This document shows, in pieces, positions 1-11,811 of a stretch of 64,000 nucleotides of DNA. Location: positions 19,147 to 83,146 of the forward strand of contig NW_025215297.1 in the NCBI RefSeq assembly GCF_004010195.1, in the 5' to 3' direction. Made by a program: the position numbers and the translations under genes. The DNA comes from Chiloscyllium plagiosum. Its lineage: Eukaryota. The notes beneath the pieces are model-generated. The model was not told the DNA's origin and ran no database searches. It saw only the letters and a list, made by a program, of their open reading frames with translations. The stretch's first letter is position 1; each line of letters begins with the position of its first letter.

Positions 1-1172
1 AAGCCAGGGAACTATAGACCGGTGAGCCTGACCTCTGTGGTGGGCAGCAAGTTGTTGGGAATCCTGAGGGACAGGATGTACATGTATTTGAAAAGGCAAG
101 GACTGATTAGGGATAGTCAACATGGCTTTGTGCGTGGGAAATCATCTCTCAAACTTGATTGAATTTTTTGAAGAAGTAACAGAGGATTGATGGCAGAGTG
201 GTATATGTGATCTATATGGACTTCAGTAAGGTGTTTGACAAGGTTCCCCATGGGAGATTGATTAGCAAGGTTGTATCTCATGGAATACAGGGAGAACTAG
301 CCATTTGGATACAGAACTGGCTCAAAGGTAGAAGACAGAGGGTGGTGGTGGAGGGTTGTTTTTCAGACTGGAGGCCTGTGACCAGTGGAGTGCCATAAGG
401 ATCAGTGCTGGACCCTCTACTTTGTCATTTACATAAATTATTTGGATGCAAGCATAAGAGGTACAGTTAGCAAGTTTGCAGATGACACCAAAATTGGAGG
501 TGTATGTGAGGTGCTGCATTTTGGGAAAGCAAATCTTAGCAGGACTTAGACACTTAATGATAAGGTCCTGGGGAGTGTTGCTGAACAGAGACCTTAGATT
601 ACAGGTTCATAGTTCCTTAGAAAGTGAGTCTCCAGTAGATAGGATAGTGAAGACATTTGGTATGTTTTCCTTTTTATTGGTCCGGACATTTGAGTACAGG
701 AGTTGGGAGGTCATGTTGCAGCTGTACAGGATGCTTGTTAGGCCACTCTTGAAATATTGCGTGCAATTCCAGTCTCCTTCCTATCAGAAGGATGTTAAAT
801 TTGAAAGGGTTCAGAAAAGATTTACAAGGATGTTACCAGAATGGAAAGATGTGAGCTATAGGAAGAGGTTGAATAGGCTTGGGCTGTTTTCCTTGGAGGG
901 TCTGAGGCTGAGGGGTGACCTTATCGAGGTTTACAAAATCATGGGGGCATGGATAGGATAAATAGACAAGGTCTTTTCCTTTGGGTGGGGAGAACAGAAC
1001 TAGAGGTTACAAGTTTAGGTGAGAGGGGAAAGATATAAAAGGGACCGAAGGGGCAACCTTCTCATGCAGAGTGGTGAGTGAATGGAATGAGCTGCCAGAC
1101 GAAGTGGTGGAGGCTGGTACAATTACAGCATTTTAAAAGGCAACTGGATGGGTTTGGAGGGATATTGGCCAA
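1..1172 (+). mobile_element. CR1-clade LINE (HER1-like), degenerate ORF2 RT and 3' region
   Basis: Fragments [47 protein letters not shown]; stops and frameshifts; runs into the gap. Confidence 0.92.
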
Positions 1173-1672
1173 NNNNNNNNNNNNNNNNNNNNNNNNNNNN
1201 NNNNNNNNNNNNNNNNNNNNNNNNNNNNNNNNNNNNNNNNNNNNNNNNNNNNNNNNNNNNNNNNNNNNNNNNNNNNNNNNNNNNNNNNNNNNNNNNNNNN
1301 NNNNNNNNNNNNNNNNNNNNNNNNNNNNNNNNNNNNNNNNNNNNNNNNNNNNNNNNNNNNNNNNNNNNNNNNNNNNNNNNNNNNNNNNNNNNNNNNNNNN
1401 NNNNNNNNNNNNNNNNNNNNNNNNNNNNNNNNNNNNNNNNNNNNNNNNNNNNNNNNNNNNNNNNNNNNNNNNNNNNNNNNNNNNNNNNNNNNNNNNNNNN
1501 NNNNNNNNNNNNNNNNNNNNNNNNNNNNNNNNNNNNNNNNNNNNNNNNNNNNNNNNNNNNNNNNNNNNNNNNNNNNNNNNNNNNNNNNNNNNNNNNNNNN
1601 NNNNNNNNNNNNNNNNNNNNNNNNNNNNNNNNNNNNNNNNNNNNNNNNNNNNNNNNNNNNNNNNNNNNNNNN
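1173..1672. other. Assembly gap (500 N)
   Basis: Run of N; smaller gaps at about 11268, 23566-23629, 34988-35021 and 42332. Confidence 0.99.
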
Positions 1673-3014
1673 GTAACGGCACTGTTCACCTCTATCGACA
1701 AAACCCTAGCCAGAGAAACAATAGCCAACCTGCTGGACATACAGAACAGACAACAAGACAGGGAACCTATCAACAAAGACGGCATACTCAAACTACTGGA
1801 CCTGTGCCTCACAACACACTTCAGCCTCTACAACCAAATATATGAACAAATCAACGGCTCACCCATCTTTGGACTCTTAGCAGAAGCGGTAATGCAAAGG
1901 TTAGAATAAACAGTAAATTACCACAAATTCAACCCAAATTCCAGGTCAGATATGTAGACACCTTTTTTGTAATCATTAAAAACACAGAAATAGAGAACAC
2001 ACGCAGGATCATCAACACCACACTCTCTCAGGAATCCAATTCACGAGAGAGGAAGAAAAGGACAACCAACTCCCATTCCTAGACGTGAGGGTACAGAGAA
2101 CACCAAACGGAGAATTCACCACTAAGGTATACAGGAAAGCCACACACACAGACCAAGTCCTGAACTATAAAAGCAACCACCCCAACACACAAAAGAAGTT
2201 GCATCAAGACACTGTTCAAAAGGGCCACAACACACTGCAGTACACCAGAACTGCAAAAAGAGGAAGAACAACACCTCTACAATGTATTCGCCAAAAGCAG
2301 ATACCTCCACAATTTCATCAACAGATGCCTAAGGGAAAGGCAATGGAATGAGGAAATGCCACAAGCCAAAGGACTAACCACAGTACCATACATCAAGAGC
2401 ATTTCTGAACTGATAGCCAGACTACTGCTATCACTAGGACTCCTAACAGCACACAAACCAACAGCCACTCTCAGACAACAACTCACCAGAACAACCGACC
2501 CGATACCCAGCATGAGCAAAACCAATGTAGTGTACAAAATCCCATGCAAGGACTGCACAAAACACTACATAGGACAAACAGGAAGACAGCTAACTATCTG
2601 CATCCATGAACACCAACTAGCCATGAAACATGACCAGCTATCCTTAGTAGCCACACGCAGATGACAAGCAACAGGAGTTCGACTGGGTCAACACTATTAT
2701 AGGACAAGCCAAACAGCACAGCCAGGGAATTCCGAGAGGCATGGCACTCATCCACCGATTCAATCAATCAATAATCACATCGACTTGGACCCAATATACC
2801 GGCCACTGCAACAGACAGCTGGAACTGACAACCTGAAGCGGCAGATACAAATCACTAAATGCTGGAGGAAGCATCACAAAAGCGCTTCACAGGAGGCTCC
2901 CAAGCACTGAGGATGTCACCTAGACAGGGGACGAAACGTCTGCAACACAAATTCCCAGCTCGGTGAACAGAACCACAACGAGCACCCGAGCTACAAATCT
3001 TCTCCCAAACTTTG
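1673..3014 (+). mobile_element. Penelope-like retroelement (RT + GIY-YIG endonuclease + terminal pseudo-LTR), degenerate
   Basis: VTALFTSI, LPFLDVRV..TKVYRKATHTDQVLNY (PLE RT); NVVYKIPCKDCTKHYIGQTGR (GIY-YIG); terminal repeat shared with 26792-27252 and 42235-42889. Confidence 0.9.
2904..2943 (+). ncRNA. Minimal type I hammerhead ribozyme in Penelope pseudo-LTR (family A)
   Basis: GCA-CUGAGGA-U-GUCACCU(AGAC)AGGGGAC-GAAAC-GUC-UGC: core boxes, stem I GCA/UGC, stem II hairpin, palindromic ACGU stem III, predicted cleavage after C2940. Confidence 0.8.
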
Positions 3015-3410
3015 AGGGGTATGTAGGTTAGGTTGATTATGGATAAAGATAAATGCTTAGCACAGCATCGTGGGCCAAAGGGTCTGTGCTGTTCTATGAT
3101 CATCCTGGCCTAGTCCAGTAATGCCTTAACTTTATTCTTTCCTTGTCTATAATTCCCATTATGGCTTTGTCCCTCCTTGTCTCTGTAATCTTTAGCTCTT
3201 CTTACATCCCATCACTGTTCTGCAATTCCCTCCCTAAATTATTTTCTCTTAGGTCACCTTAGAACAGCAAAATAATAAAATAAACACTAGGAGGCCATTT
3301 TGCAATCATGGTTTTCAACAATTGTAGCACTGGTTAAGTTAAGTTGGTGTTCATAGAATGTAATGTCTCGTTTCTGTGTGTAATTTCCAATTTGTATTCT
3401 CCTCTGCTAG

Positions 3411-3445
3411 ATGACGAAAATTGTCTTGCCTCAACTATTGAAAAG
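3411..3445 (+). CDS. hsd20b2: hsd20b2/HSD17B12-family SDR, exon 7-equivalent (35 nt) MTKIVLPQLLKR
   Basis: ctctgctag|ATGACG...AAAAG|gtatag; splices in frame to 4392; matches the family MTxxVLPxMxxR motif. Confidence 0.85.
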
Positions 3446-3689
3446 GTATAGCAGCAGCTTTTTACTTCCAAAGCTACATTATAAAATGTAATCACGGGCT
3501 TGATGATGTGGAGATGTTCAATTTGATGTGTATTAATGCTTGTAATTGATCACATCAGTTTCATGTGATGAGATCAAAGCAAGTTGAACCACTTGTTAAA
3601 ATTCTGATTTTTTGCATTCCAGGATTTGAATTTCTAATTGCCAGAAAATGTTGGCACACCATTTGGATGGTTTCCACTCACTACCACTT

Positions 3690-4135
3690 TGTCATAGTTA
3701 CACAGCACAAAACAGACCTTTTTTCAGACCATCTCATCATCCTAAATTGGCCAAATGGAACTAAACCAATGTTCCTCTAAACTCTTCCTATTCATGTATT
3801 CATCCAGATGCCTTTTAAATTTTGTAATTATACGTGCTTCGATCACTTTCTCTGGCAACTCATTCCATACACACCACCCCCTGCATTTTTCAAAAAAGTA
3901 GCCCCTCAGGTTCTTTAAAATCTTTCCCTCTCTCATTGTAAGCCTTTGCCCTCTAGTTTTGGACTCCCTACCCTGGGGGGAAAAAGACCTTTTTTAGCTG
4001 TTCACCCTGTGCCCCTCATGACTTTTATAAACCTCAAGGTCATCCCATAGCCTCCAATGCTCCAGGGGAAATCTCCCCAGCTTTTTAGACTCTCCCTATA
4101 ATTCAAACTCTTCCAGTCCTGGCAACATCCTTAAA
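3690..4135 (-). mobile_element. CR1 LINE 3' fragment
   Basis: WCVWNELPEKVIEA..FKRHLDEYMNRK on the minus strand. Confidence 0.8.
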
Positions 4136-4391
4136 TCTCTTCCCAGGATTCAATGTTTCCCAGTGGTGAGCTCTAAAGTGGGCTGGCTGAAACTTCCAGT
4201 GCAGTATTAAAGGAGTATTGCACTCTTTGGAGACAGTCTTTGACTGCAAGGTTAAACTCCACCCCCATCTCCTGTCTATACCCTAACTGATTTCACCTCA
4301 AATCTTTTCTCCTCTCTAATCTGTCCTACCATGAGTCTTAAAACTTGAGTCTTAAAAGCTGTCTAATCTTTATGTATTTTGAACTTGACAG

Positions 4392-4473
4392 GAAAAAAGG
4401 CATTATCATCAACATTTCTTCAGAAGCTGGGGCTCACCCACATCCACTTATCACCATGTATTCAGCTACTAAG
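4392..4473 (+). CDS. hsd20b2: hsd20b2-like exon 8-equivalent (82 nt) KKGIIINISSEAGAHPHPLITMYSATK
   Basis: gacag|...AAG|gtattt; SDR catalytic NISS serine and YxxxK (YSATK). Confidence 0.93.
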
Positions 4474-5270
4474 GTATTTTGTAATATTTATTCTTTTAAC
4501 TGTCTCTGATGGAAGTTCTTTTGCCTTCTGAGTAACAAAATTACTTGATAGATTCTTGCTGCAGAGACTGGAGAAAATGTGGGCTGATGTCCTGGTACAC
4601 GAGTATATTATTAAAATGTGCTGTCCTTTGGATGAAATGTGAAACTGATGCCTGGCTGACTACTCTAGTGGCTCAATGGATGTTCCCCACTTTGAAAGTG
4701 TGCTGTAAGCTAGTGATTTACAATTGTTTTTGTTCAGTAAAGATATCATTGAATTAGACTCATAAAATTTAAGAATATATAAAGCCCATTCAATCCAAAT
4801 GCTGGGTCTTGAAAGAGTTTTCCAATTCCCTGTCCAAGTCACTCACTTTCTTTTGAAGTCAACCTCCCTCCCATGGTTCCAAACCTGTATTTAATTTTTG
4901 TCTCATCTGACTTTCTTGACACCTGTCTTTTTACCCCTGGTTATCAATCTGCCTGCCAGGGTAAACAATTTTTTTTTTCCTTGATTACTGTCTTAACTTG
5001 ATACCTCAGTAAATTCTGCCTTTATCCTTCTGTGTTCTCTGAATAATCCAGACTGTTCCAGTCTCTCTCACTGAAGTCCATTGTTCCAGATTCCAGTGAA
5101 TTTGCACAATCTCTCTCTGGCATTCTTAAGATGGACACAAACCAAAGATTTTAAAAGCTTAGTATGACTTGAATGTTCTTTACAACAGACGAAGAGGGCC
5201 ACAGGACCATAGTATAGATAATTAGATAAATGGGTGCTTCAGACTGTGATTTCATTTCTCTTTCTCACAG

Positions 5271-5336
5271 GCCTTTGTTGACTTCTTTTCTCAAGCATTG
5301 AATGCAGAGTACAAGCCAAACGGGATTATAGTACAG
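5271..5336 (+). CDS. hsd20b2: hsd20b2-like exon 9-equivalent (66 nt) AFVDFFSQALNAEYKPNGIIVQ
   Basis: Polypyrimidine tract + cag acceptor, CAG|gtatga donor; in frame with flanking exons. Confidence 0.93.
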
Positions 5337-5407
5337 GTATGACAAAATGAATTATTGAGTTTAAAAAAAAAAAAAATCATGTGGAGGTATTGGGGTGGAC
5401 TAAGTTG

Positions 5408-5538
5408 AAAATCACAACACCAGGTTATAGTCCAATAGGTTTATTTGAGATTCCAAGCTTTCAAGTGCTGCTCCTTCATCAGGTAGCTTGTATTTTCAAA
5501 TACACCTGTTTGGACTATAAACTGGTGATGTGATTTTT
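5408..5538. mobile_element. Short inverted-repeat Penelope pseudo-LTR remnant (family C)
   Basis: aaaatcacaacaccaggttatagtccaa ... ttggactataaactggtgatgtgatttt; internal degenerate CUGAUGA..GAAAGCUU on the minus strand. Confidence 0.65.
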
Positions 5539-5799
5539 TTTTCAACAAGGTAAGATGAGAATAGTACAAATCACATTTATCCTCTTGATTTATGAAAAGT
5601 TAATGAGAAGTTGTTGATGACACTTTGGTCAAATGATGTTAGTCAATGATATCAGAGGTGCTTTACCTAATTTATTTTGAGCTGATGGCATTGCATGAAC
5701 ATTTAGAAGGTTGTGGTTTTGAGCTCAGTTTTGAAGAACTGAATTCTTTATTTTGCCTACAATCCAGTGTAGTCCTTGAGATGGTCTCTTCCAGGTGAG

Positions 5800-6095
5800 A
5801 ATTAGAACAGTCTGCCCTCCATTGCTCAACTTTTTTATCACTACTTTGGAAAAAGCAGAGGAATTCTCCCTGGTATTCTGGACAATACGTAACCCCCCAA
5901 ACATTATTGGTAACCAAGGATATCTGGTAATTTATCTTATTGCTGTTTGTGGGAACTTGCTATCTGAAAATTGATGGCTATATTTCCTTTCATTATCAGG
6001 GTCTACACCTTCAAAAGTATTCCAGTTGGCCATAAAGCACTTTGAAACTTCCTAAATTCACCAAGGCTATAACCTATAATGCAAGTTCTTTATTT
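5800..6095 (+). mobile_element. Old Deu-domain-type SINE (SacSINE1-like), degenerate; related pieces at about 4190-4280 and 7255-7500
   Basis: Resembles, from memory, the ttgctgtttgtggga..ttgc..aaattg..tttcc..catta..cttcaaaagta..ttggc..taaagcactttg body. Confidence 0.55.
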
Positions 6096-6125
6096 ATGGC
6101 ACTCAATAGTCTAGTGATAGCATCT

Positions 6126-6243
6126 AGGTAAAAACAATTAGCTCTATTCCTGATGAAGGGCCTTTGCCCGAAACCTCTATTTTCCTGGTCCTCTGAAGCT
6201 GCCTGAACTGCTGTGCTTTTCCAGCACCACACTAATCCAGAAC
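6126..6243 (+). mobile_element. Penelope pseudo-LTR fragment (family B) with 15-bp TSD
   Basis: ctagtgatagcatct at 6111-6125 and 6244-6258; contains cctgatgaagggcctttgcccgaaac. Confidence 0.8.
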
Positions 6244-6954
6244 CTAGTGATAGCATCTGCCAGGGCTCATATGGCAAATAACAAATTGGGCTAGATATTT
6301 ATGGGAATAAAAGCAAAATACTGTAAAATGGAAATCTGAAACAAACTGTTAGAAATTCTGCAGGTCTGGCACCATCTGTGGAGACAGTTAACATCTTTGC
6401 GTCTGGTATCACAAGCTTGATACTTGTGGGTTTTTGGCCCCTTTCAGACAGAAAGGGGAAAGGAGTTCAAGGGAATGACCATGATGGGCTTTGAGATGTG
6501 TAACTAGCTGGTTGACTAGACTTAAGTTAGTATCTACCTTGAATTGAGAGGAGGAAAGTCTCTGTCCGTATTAGGTTGATGTGCTGTTACGGTTAGGTGA
6601 ATTTGGCTGGGAAGAAACTTTTGTAGAGCGTGACTACTGACAGACCAGTTGGGTTGATTCTGAGCTATTTCTGTTCTGAATTTCCAAACATAAACTACCA
6701 AGCCTCCCTCAACAGCAGCTTCCAAACCTGTGATCTCTCTAAAGTAGAAGGATGAGGATAGCAAATACACCATCACCTGCAACATCTTCAAATCACACAC
6801 TATCATGATCTGGAACAACGTCATCATTCTGCCTTTTTTTTTTTTGCTGGGGTCAAAATTTTGGAACTTCCTTCCTAATATCCCTCAAAATGCATCTACA
6901 CAGGGCTGCAGCAGTTCCAAAGGGCAGCTCACCATTACTTTATTTTTAGGAGGA

Positions 6955-7175
6955 GAAAGTGAGGACTGCAGATGCTGGAGATCAGAGCTGAAAATGTGTT
7001 GCTGGAAAAGCGCAGCAGGTCAGGCAGCATCCAAGGAGCAGGAGAATCGACGTTTCGGGCATGAGCACTTTCCTCATGCCTGAAGAAGGGCTCATGCCCG
7101 TGCTCATGTCCGAAACATTGATTCTCCTGCTCCTTGGATGCTGCCTGACCTGCTGCGCTTTTCCAGCAACACATT
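6955..7175. mobile_element. Palindromic Penelope pseudo-LTR pair (family B)
   Basis: aatgtgttgctggaaaagcgcagcaggtcaggcagcatccaaggagcaggagaatc (from about 6993) is the reverse complement of the segment ending at 7175. Confidence 0.85.
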
Positions 7176-7782
7176 GCCTAGGCCGATACTTATTCTAATT
7201 CTTAGCTGCCCTAAAAAAGGTAACGATGCTGCTGTGAATCAATTTCCGAACACTCCGAGCTCTGTCTTTCAGATGACATGGTAAACTGGAGGTTCATCGT
7301 CTATTCAGTTTCTCACTTTAGGGAGGTGGGTAATTTTTCTTGGCCTGGCCAAGAGTTTTCATTTTGGTAATACTACCAAAATTAGATCAACTGGTCATCT
7401 ATTGAATTGAATATATATTGTGGCAGTGACATGTTTGCTTGGTTAGCAATGATTCTTTCTTCAAAATAACTTGTCAATGTTTGGGAATGTCCCAAGAATA
7501 TAAATTTTCCCTTTTTCATCCAGTCCATGTGTGTAATGTACACTGCAAATGGTACTTATGTTTGATCGAATGCACATCATATCTTCATGAGGTTACTGGG
7601 TGCTGAAATTTTTAATGTGATCATGAATTAAATGTCACCATGTATCTTTTATATAGCACCTAATAATAACACATCCTAATGCACTCTGTTTGAACTTTAT
7701 CAAATGCAGTATTTGGGAGGAACTATTTTGTCAGGTGACCAAAAGCTGCTTTAAAGAGGAAGATTCTTAAAGCATGTCTTTG

Positions 7783-8100
7783 TAGAATCCCTACAGTGTG
7801 GAGGCAGGCCAGTCAGCCTATCCAGTCCACACCAATTCTCTGAAGAGTGGTACACCCAGACAGACCCCTCTACCCTATATAACCCTGCCTAGCCTGTATG
7901 TTCCTGGACACCATGGGCAACCTAGCAAGACTAATCCACCAACCTGCATATTTTGGGACTGTGGGATGAAACCAGCAGAAACCCATGCAGACACAGGGAG
8001 AATATGCACACTACACACAGACAGTTGCCTGAAGGGGAAATAAAGCCTGGGTCCCTGCTGCTGTGAGGCAGCAGTGCTGACCACTGAGCCACTATGCTAT
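7783..8100 (-). mobile_element. HE1-type tRNA-derived V-SINE
   Basis: Diverged reverse-complement copy of the 39190-39494 element. Confidence 0.85.
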
Positions 8101-8360
8101 CCTCTTTTGAAGAAGAGGTAGACTTGACTAGCGATTGAAGAGTGAGAAAAATCTCAGGATGCACAAGAGACAGAATTGGAGGAATGCTGAGATAACCAAT
8201 TTTGTAGAACTGGAGGATAGATCAGGATGAAGCAAGTTTTTAGATTATAAATGAGGGGAAAAAAATCTGAAGTGATCTTAACAGAATTAAGGAAAAAATA
8301 TGCAACAATCCTAATTTGTATGTTCAAATGTATGGCTAAGACCAACTGCTTTTTTTTTAG

Positions 8361-8510
8361 TCTGTGTTGCCTCTCTTGGTCTCTACCAACTTGACGCATG
8401 ATCAAGAAACCAATTTATTTGTGAAAAGAGCTGATGACTATGCCCAGGAAGCTCTGAATACTGTTGGACTAACAGAGAAGACAAATGGCTGCTTGTCCCA
8501 TGCCCTACAG
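8361..8510 (+). CDS. hsd20b2: hsd20b2-like exon 10-equivalent (150 nt) SVLPLLVSTNLTHDQETNLFVKRADDYAQEALNTVGLTEKTNGCLSHALQ
   Basis: tttttttttag| acceptor, CAG|gtaaat donor; family motifs VLPxxVST, ALNTVG, GCLSHALQ. Confidence 0.94.
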
Positions 8511-8850
8511 GTAAATGCTATTTTAATAGCAGTAGTGTGCCTCAGCATGGAAGGCCAGTTTATGCAAGGTACTCTGGAATCACTAAGCAAAAATGTGTGA
8601 TCTGGAGAGGCAGTGAGAAAATTGGGCCAGGAGATTACTGGGTCAAAAGAAAGGAAAATGACACTTGCACCCGCGCACACACATGCACATGCTCCAGTCT
8701 TTGAAACATAAGACGACCTGCTGTTTTCACAAGTAGAGCGTGCTGTATATTGTTTGTGTCAATGGAGGGAGTAGGGGTGATAATTGTGTTGGAACCAGAT
8801 GTTTGTTTATCCTGATTTTAAGTTTTTTTTAAAACTGTTTGTTTGTGTAG

Positions 8851-8982
8851 CATTTCTTCTTCGAAAGGCTGTTTCCAAGATGGCTCCGACTGACAGAGTT
8901 CAGCATAAATAACATGAAGAAACTTTCTGAAAGGAGAAAGCCGCTAGTGGAGAAGTGGAGGTGGAAACAAAAGACTGCATAG
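8851..8982 (+). CDS. hsd20b2: hsd20b2-like terminal coding exon HFFFERLFPRWLRLTEFSINNMKKLSERRKPLVEKWRWKQKTA*
   Basis: gtttgtgtag| acceptor, phase 0, TAG at 8980-8982; ends in KxKxx. Confidence 0.85.
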   Translation, partial: HFFFERLFPRWLRLTEFSINNMKKLSERRKPLVEKWRWKQKTA

Positions 8983-9473
8983 TTGCAGTATGATTTGAAG
9001 GGACTTGGGTGTTAGGGGAGAGGGAGTGTACAAATTTTTTTTAAAAAAAATATCAGTATCATTGTGTGGTTCCCTTGTCATATGGTGTTTATGGTTTAGT
9101 GCAAGTCCATCTTTAACATTATCCAACCAACTCTTTGGAACTTCAGAGGAATGTTTAAAAGTATGAAATTAGATAAATTGTTTCAGATAAGCTGGAGTGT
9201 ATTCTTACAATTTCAATATAAGTTCCTAAACATACATGTGTAGTGAGCAGTTAGAAATAATTGCAGTCTGTGCAAGGTTACCTGAAGGTAGAACAGTGCA
9301 TGATTTACCCAAAAGGACTACAAAATCAAATGTTACAACTGGCTTGTTAGCTCATGTGAAAGTGTTCTGTGTCCTGTTACATTGAACAATTTCCTGGCAT
9401 CTAATGTAATCTTGCTTTAATAACTTAGACAATCAGAAGTATACCTAGTTTAAATGATCTATCTGATGCATCA

Positions 9474-9479
9474 AATAAA
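9474..9479 (+). promoter_or_regulatory. Candidate polyadenylation signal for the hsd20b2-like gene (alternative AATAAA at 10717-10722)
   Basis: First AATAAA seen downstream of the stop; no transcript data. Confidence 0.35.
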
Positions 9480-10852
9480 ACACCTTTTTAATTGGGGTAT
9501 TTAAAATGATTCAAAACAGCTCAAAAACAAAACCTCAACACACACTTAATACTGAAAAGTAATGATAGTTTATGAATGAAGTGGCTCTCCTATGAAGTTT
9601 CTCCAAAGGAAGAGTTTACAAGCTTACTTTCTAATCCATGCTGTCCCCTGACCTGGGAATGTTTGAAGAAAAATCTGTGGAGAAAGGTGTTTTTTCTGGA
9701 CTGTACTCTATCAATACTGATCTATCCTTCCTAAGATTCAAAGTCCCAGACCAAATACAGTTTTTTAAGTGGAATCTAAGGTTTGTATGACTGTCACACA
9801 ACATCTATTCTTAGGAAGGCTGGAATACAAAAGTCAACATTCTTTTATAAATTTACTTTTGTACCTGTCCACTAGCTTTTGATAACTTTATGCTAGTAGT
9901 TTGTTTGCTCTGCAAAGCACAACCTATACAATTTTAATCCCCAAATTATACCAGAATCCTTCTCTATATTGACTAATAAGCTATCATTACTCCATGAAAA
10001 CCTACATAATTTTCATATTATCCTTGCAGAAGCCATGTAGTTGTTCACCATGTACACATCAGAATAGTTAATAATTCCTTCTGTTATTGTGAACCTTATC
10101 TGTCACTCTACAATTGCTAAGTTTATCTTTTTAAGTCAACTAACCAATTGGTGCCATTGACATCATGAACCTTGCCCATATAAAGTCTCAGTGTAACTTT
10201 TCCAAATGTATCCTTGTAATCCCAGAAAGTTTTTTTTTAAACAGATTGTGATTAGTTTCAGACATGGTTCACATAGGATGGGAATGAGATTTAGATTTAG
10301 ATAAGAAATATTAGCATTACATTGAATCTGGTTGGCCAATTCAAATCAAAGGATGAAGCAAGTTCTCTCCTTAAAGCACCTGGGAAGAATGTTGTTTGAA
10401 ACAACAAATGAAAAGCTTGATCACTTAAGCTCAAAGTTTGACAAACATCATTTTAAAGTTGCTCTGCTAACCTTGAGGAGAAAGATGGAAGTAAAATAAG
10501 GTTGAGTTGCCTTTGGCCTCAGCACTCAATGTATCTGTCTGCAAATTCTATATGGTTGTAAATGGAACTTGAGGCATGATTACTTTATTAGGCATTCTGT
10601 ATAGAGTCCTTTTTAGATTGAATATGCTACTTCTATACTTTGCCTTGACTAAAAGTTATCAAAAGTTTGATCAACCAAATATTATGCTATAACTGTCAAA
10701 TGTTGAATCTCACTGTAATAAAGAGTAATTCCAAAAATAATGTTTGAAGTTCTTACTATTGCACATAAAATGCATTCTATTTTTTAAAAAATCTATGAAC
10801 ACTTGACAGTTTCAAGAGTCTTGATTATGAGAAACTGATAGCATTAGAGATT

Positions 10853-11811
10853 CTGGATCAGTGGTACTGGAAGAGCACAGCAATTCAGGCAGCATCCGAG
10901 GACAGGCAAAATCGACATTTCGGGCAAAAGCCCTTCATCAGGAATAAAGGCAGAGAGCCTGAAGCGTGGAGAGATAAGCTAGGGGAGGGTGGGAGTGGGG
11001 ATAGAGTAGCATAGAGTACAATAGGTCAGTGGGGGAGGAGATGAAGGTGATAGGGCAGGGAGGAGAGAGTGGAGTGGATAGGTGGAAAAGGAGCTGGGCA
11101 GGTCGGACAAGTCAAGGGGACAGTGTTGAACTGGAGGTTAGAAACTAGGATGAGGTGGGGAAGGGGAAATGAGGAAGCTGTTGAAGTCCACATTGATGCC
11201 CTGGGGTTGAAGTGTTCCGAGGCGGAAGATGAAGCGTTCTTCCTCCAGGCGTCTGGTGGTGAGGGAGNNNNNTGGAAGGCTCGTTTAGGGCCTTGGATAG
11301 AGGTGAGGGAGGAGGTGTGGGCACAGGTTTTACAGTTCCTGCGGTGGCAGGGGAAAGTGCCAGGATGGGAGGGTGGGTCGTAGGGGGGCATGGACCTGAC
11401 CAGGTAGTCACAGAGGGAACGGTCTTTGCGGAAGACAGCTTCCTCATTTCCCCTTCCCCAACCTCATCCTAGTTTCTAACCTCCAGTTCAACACTGTCCC
11501 CTTGACTTGTCCGGACTTGTCTGACCTGCCCAGCTCCTTTTCCACCTATCTACTCCACCCTCTCCTCCCTGACCTATCACCTTCATCTCCTCCCCCACTG
11601 ACATATTGTACTCTATGCTACTCTATCCCCACTCCCACCCTCCTCTAGCTTATCTCTCCACACTTCAGGCTCTCTGCCTTTATTCCTGATGAAGGGCTTT
11701 TGCCCGAAACATCGATTTTGCCTGTCCTCGGATGCTGCCTGAACTGCTGTGCTCTTCCAGCACCACTGATCCAGAATCTGGTTTCCAGCATCTGCAGTCA
11801 TTGTTTTTACC
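10853..11811. mobile_element. Penelope-like element derivative with inverted pseudo-LTRs (family B) and an endonuclease-region remnant
   Basis: Left arm about 10848-11180 inverted against about 11438-11778; PGTFPCHRRNCKTC on the minus strand; TSD agcatt(a/c)gagatt at 10840-10852 and 11812-11824. Confidence 0.85.

Noticed and set aside
1062..1909. Long ORFs in the track spanning poly-X
   Set aside because: Artefacts of translating through the 500-N gap
3290..3340. Possible 45-nt exon 6 of the hsd20b2-like gene (AILQSWFSTIVALVK)
   Set aside because: No GT at the required position and no INxN motif; exon 6 probably lies upstream or in the gap
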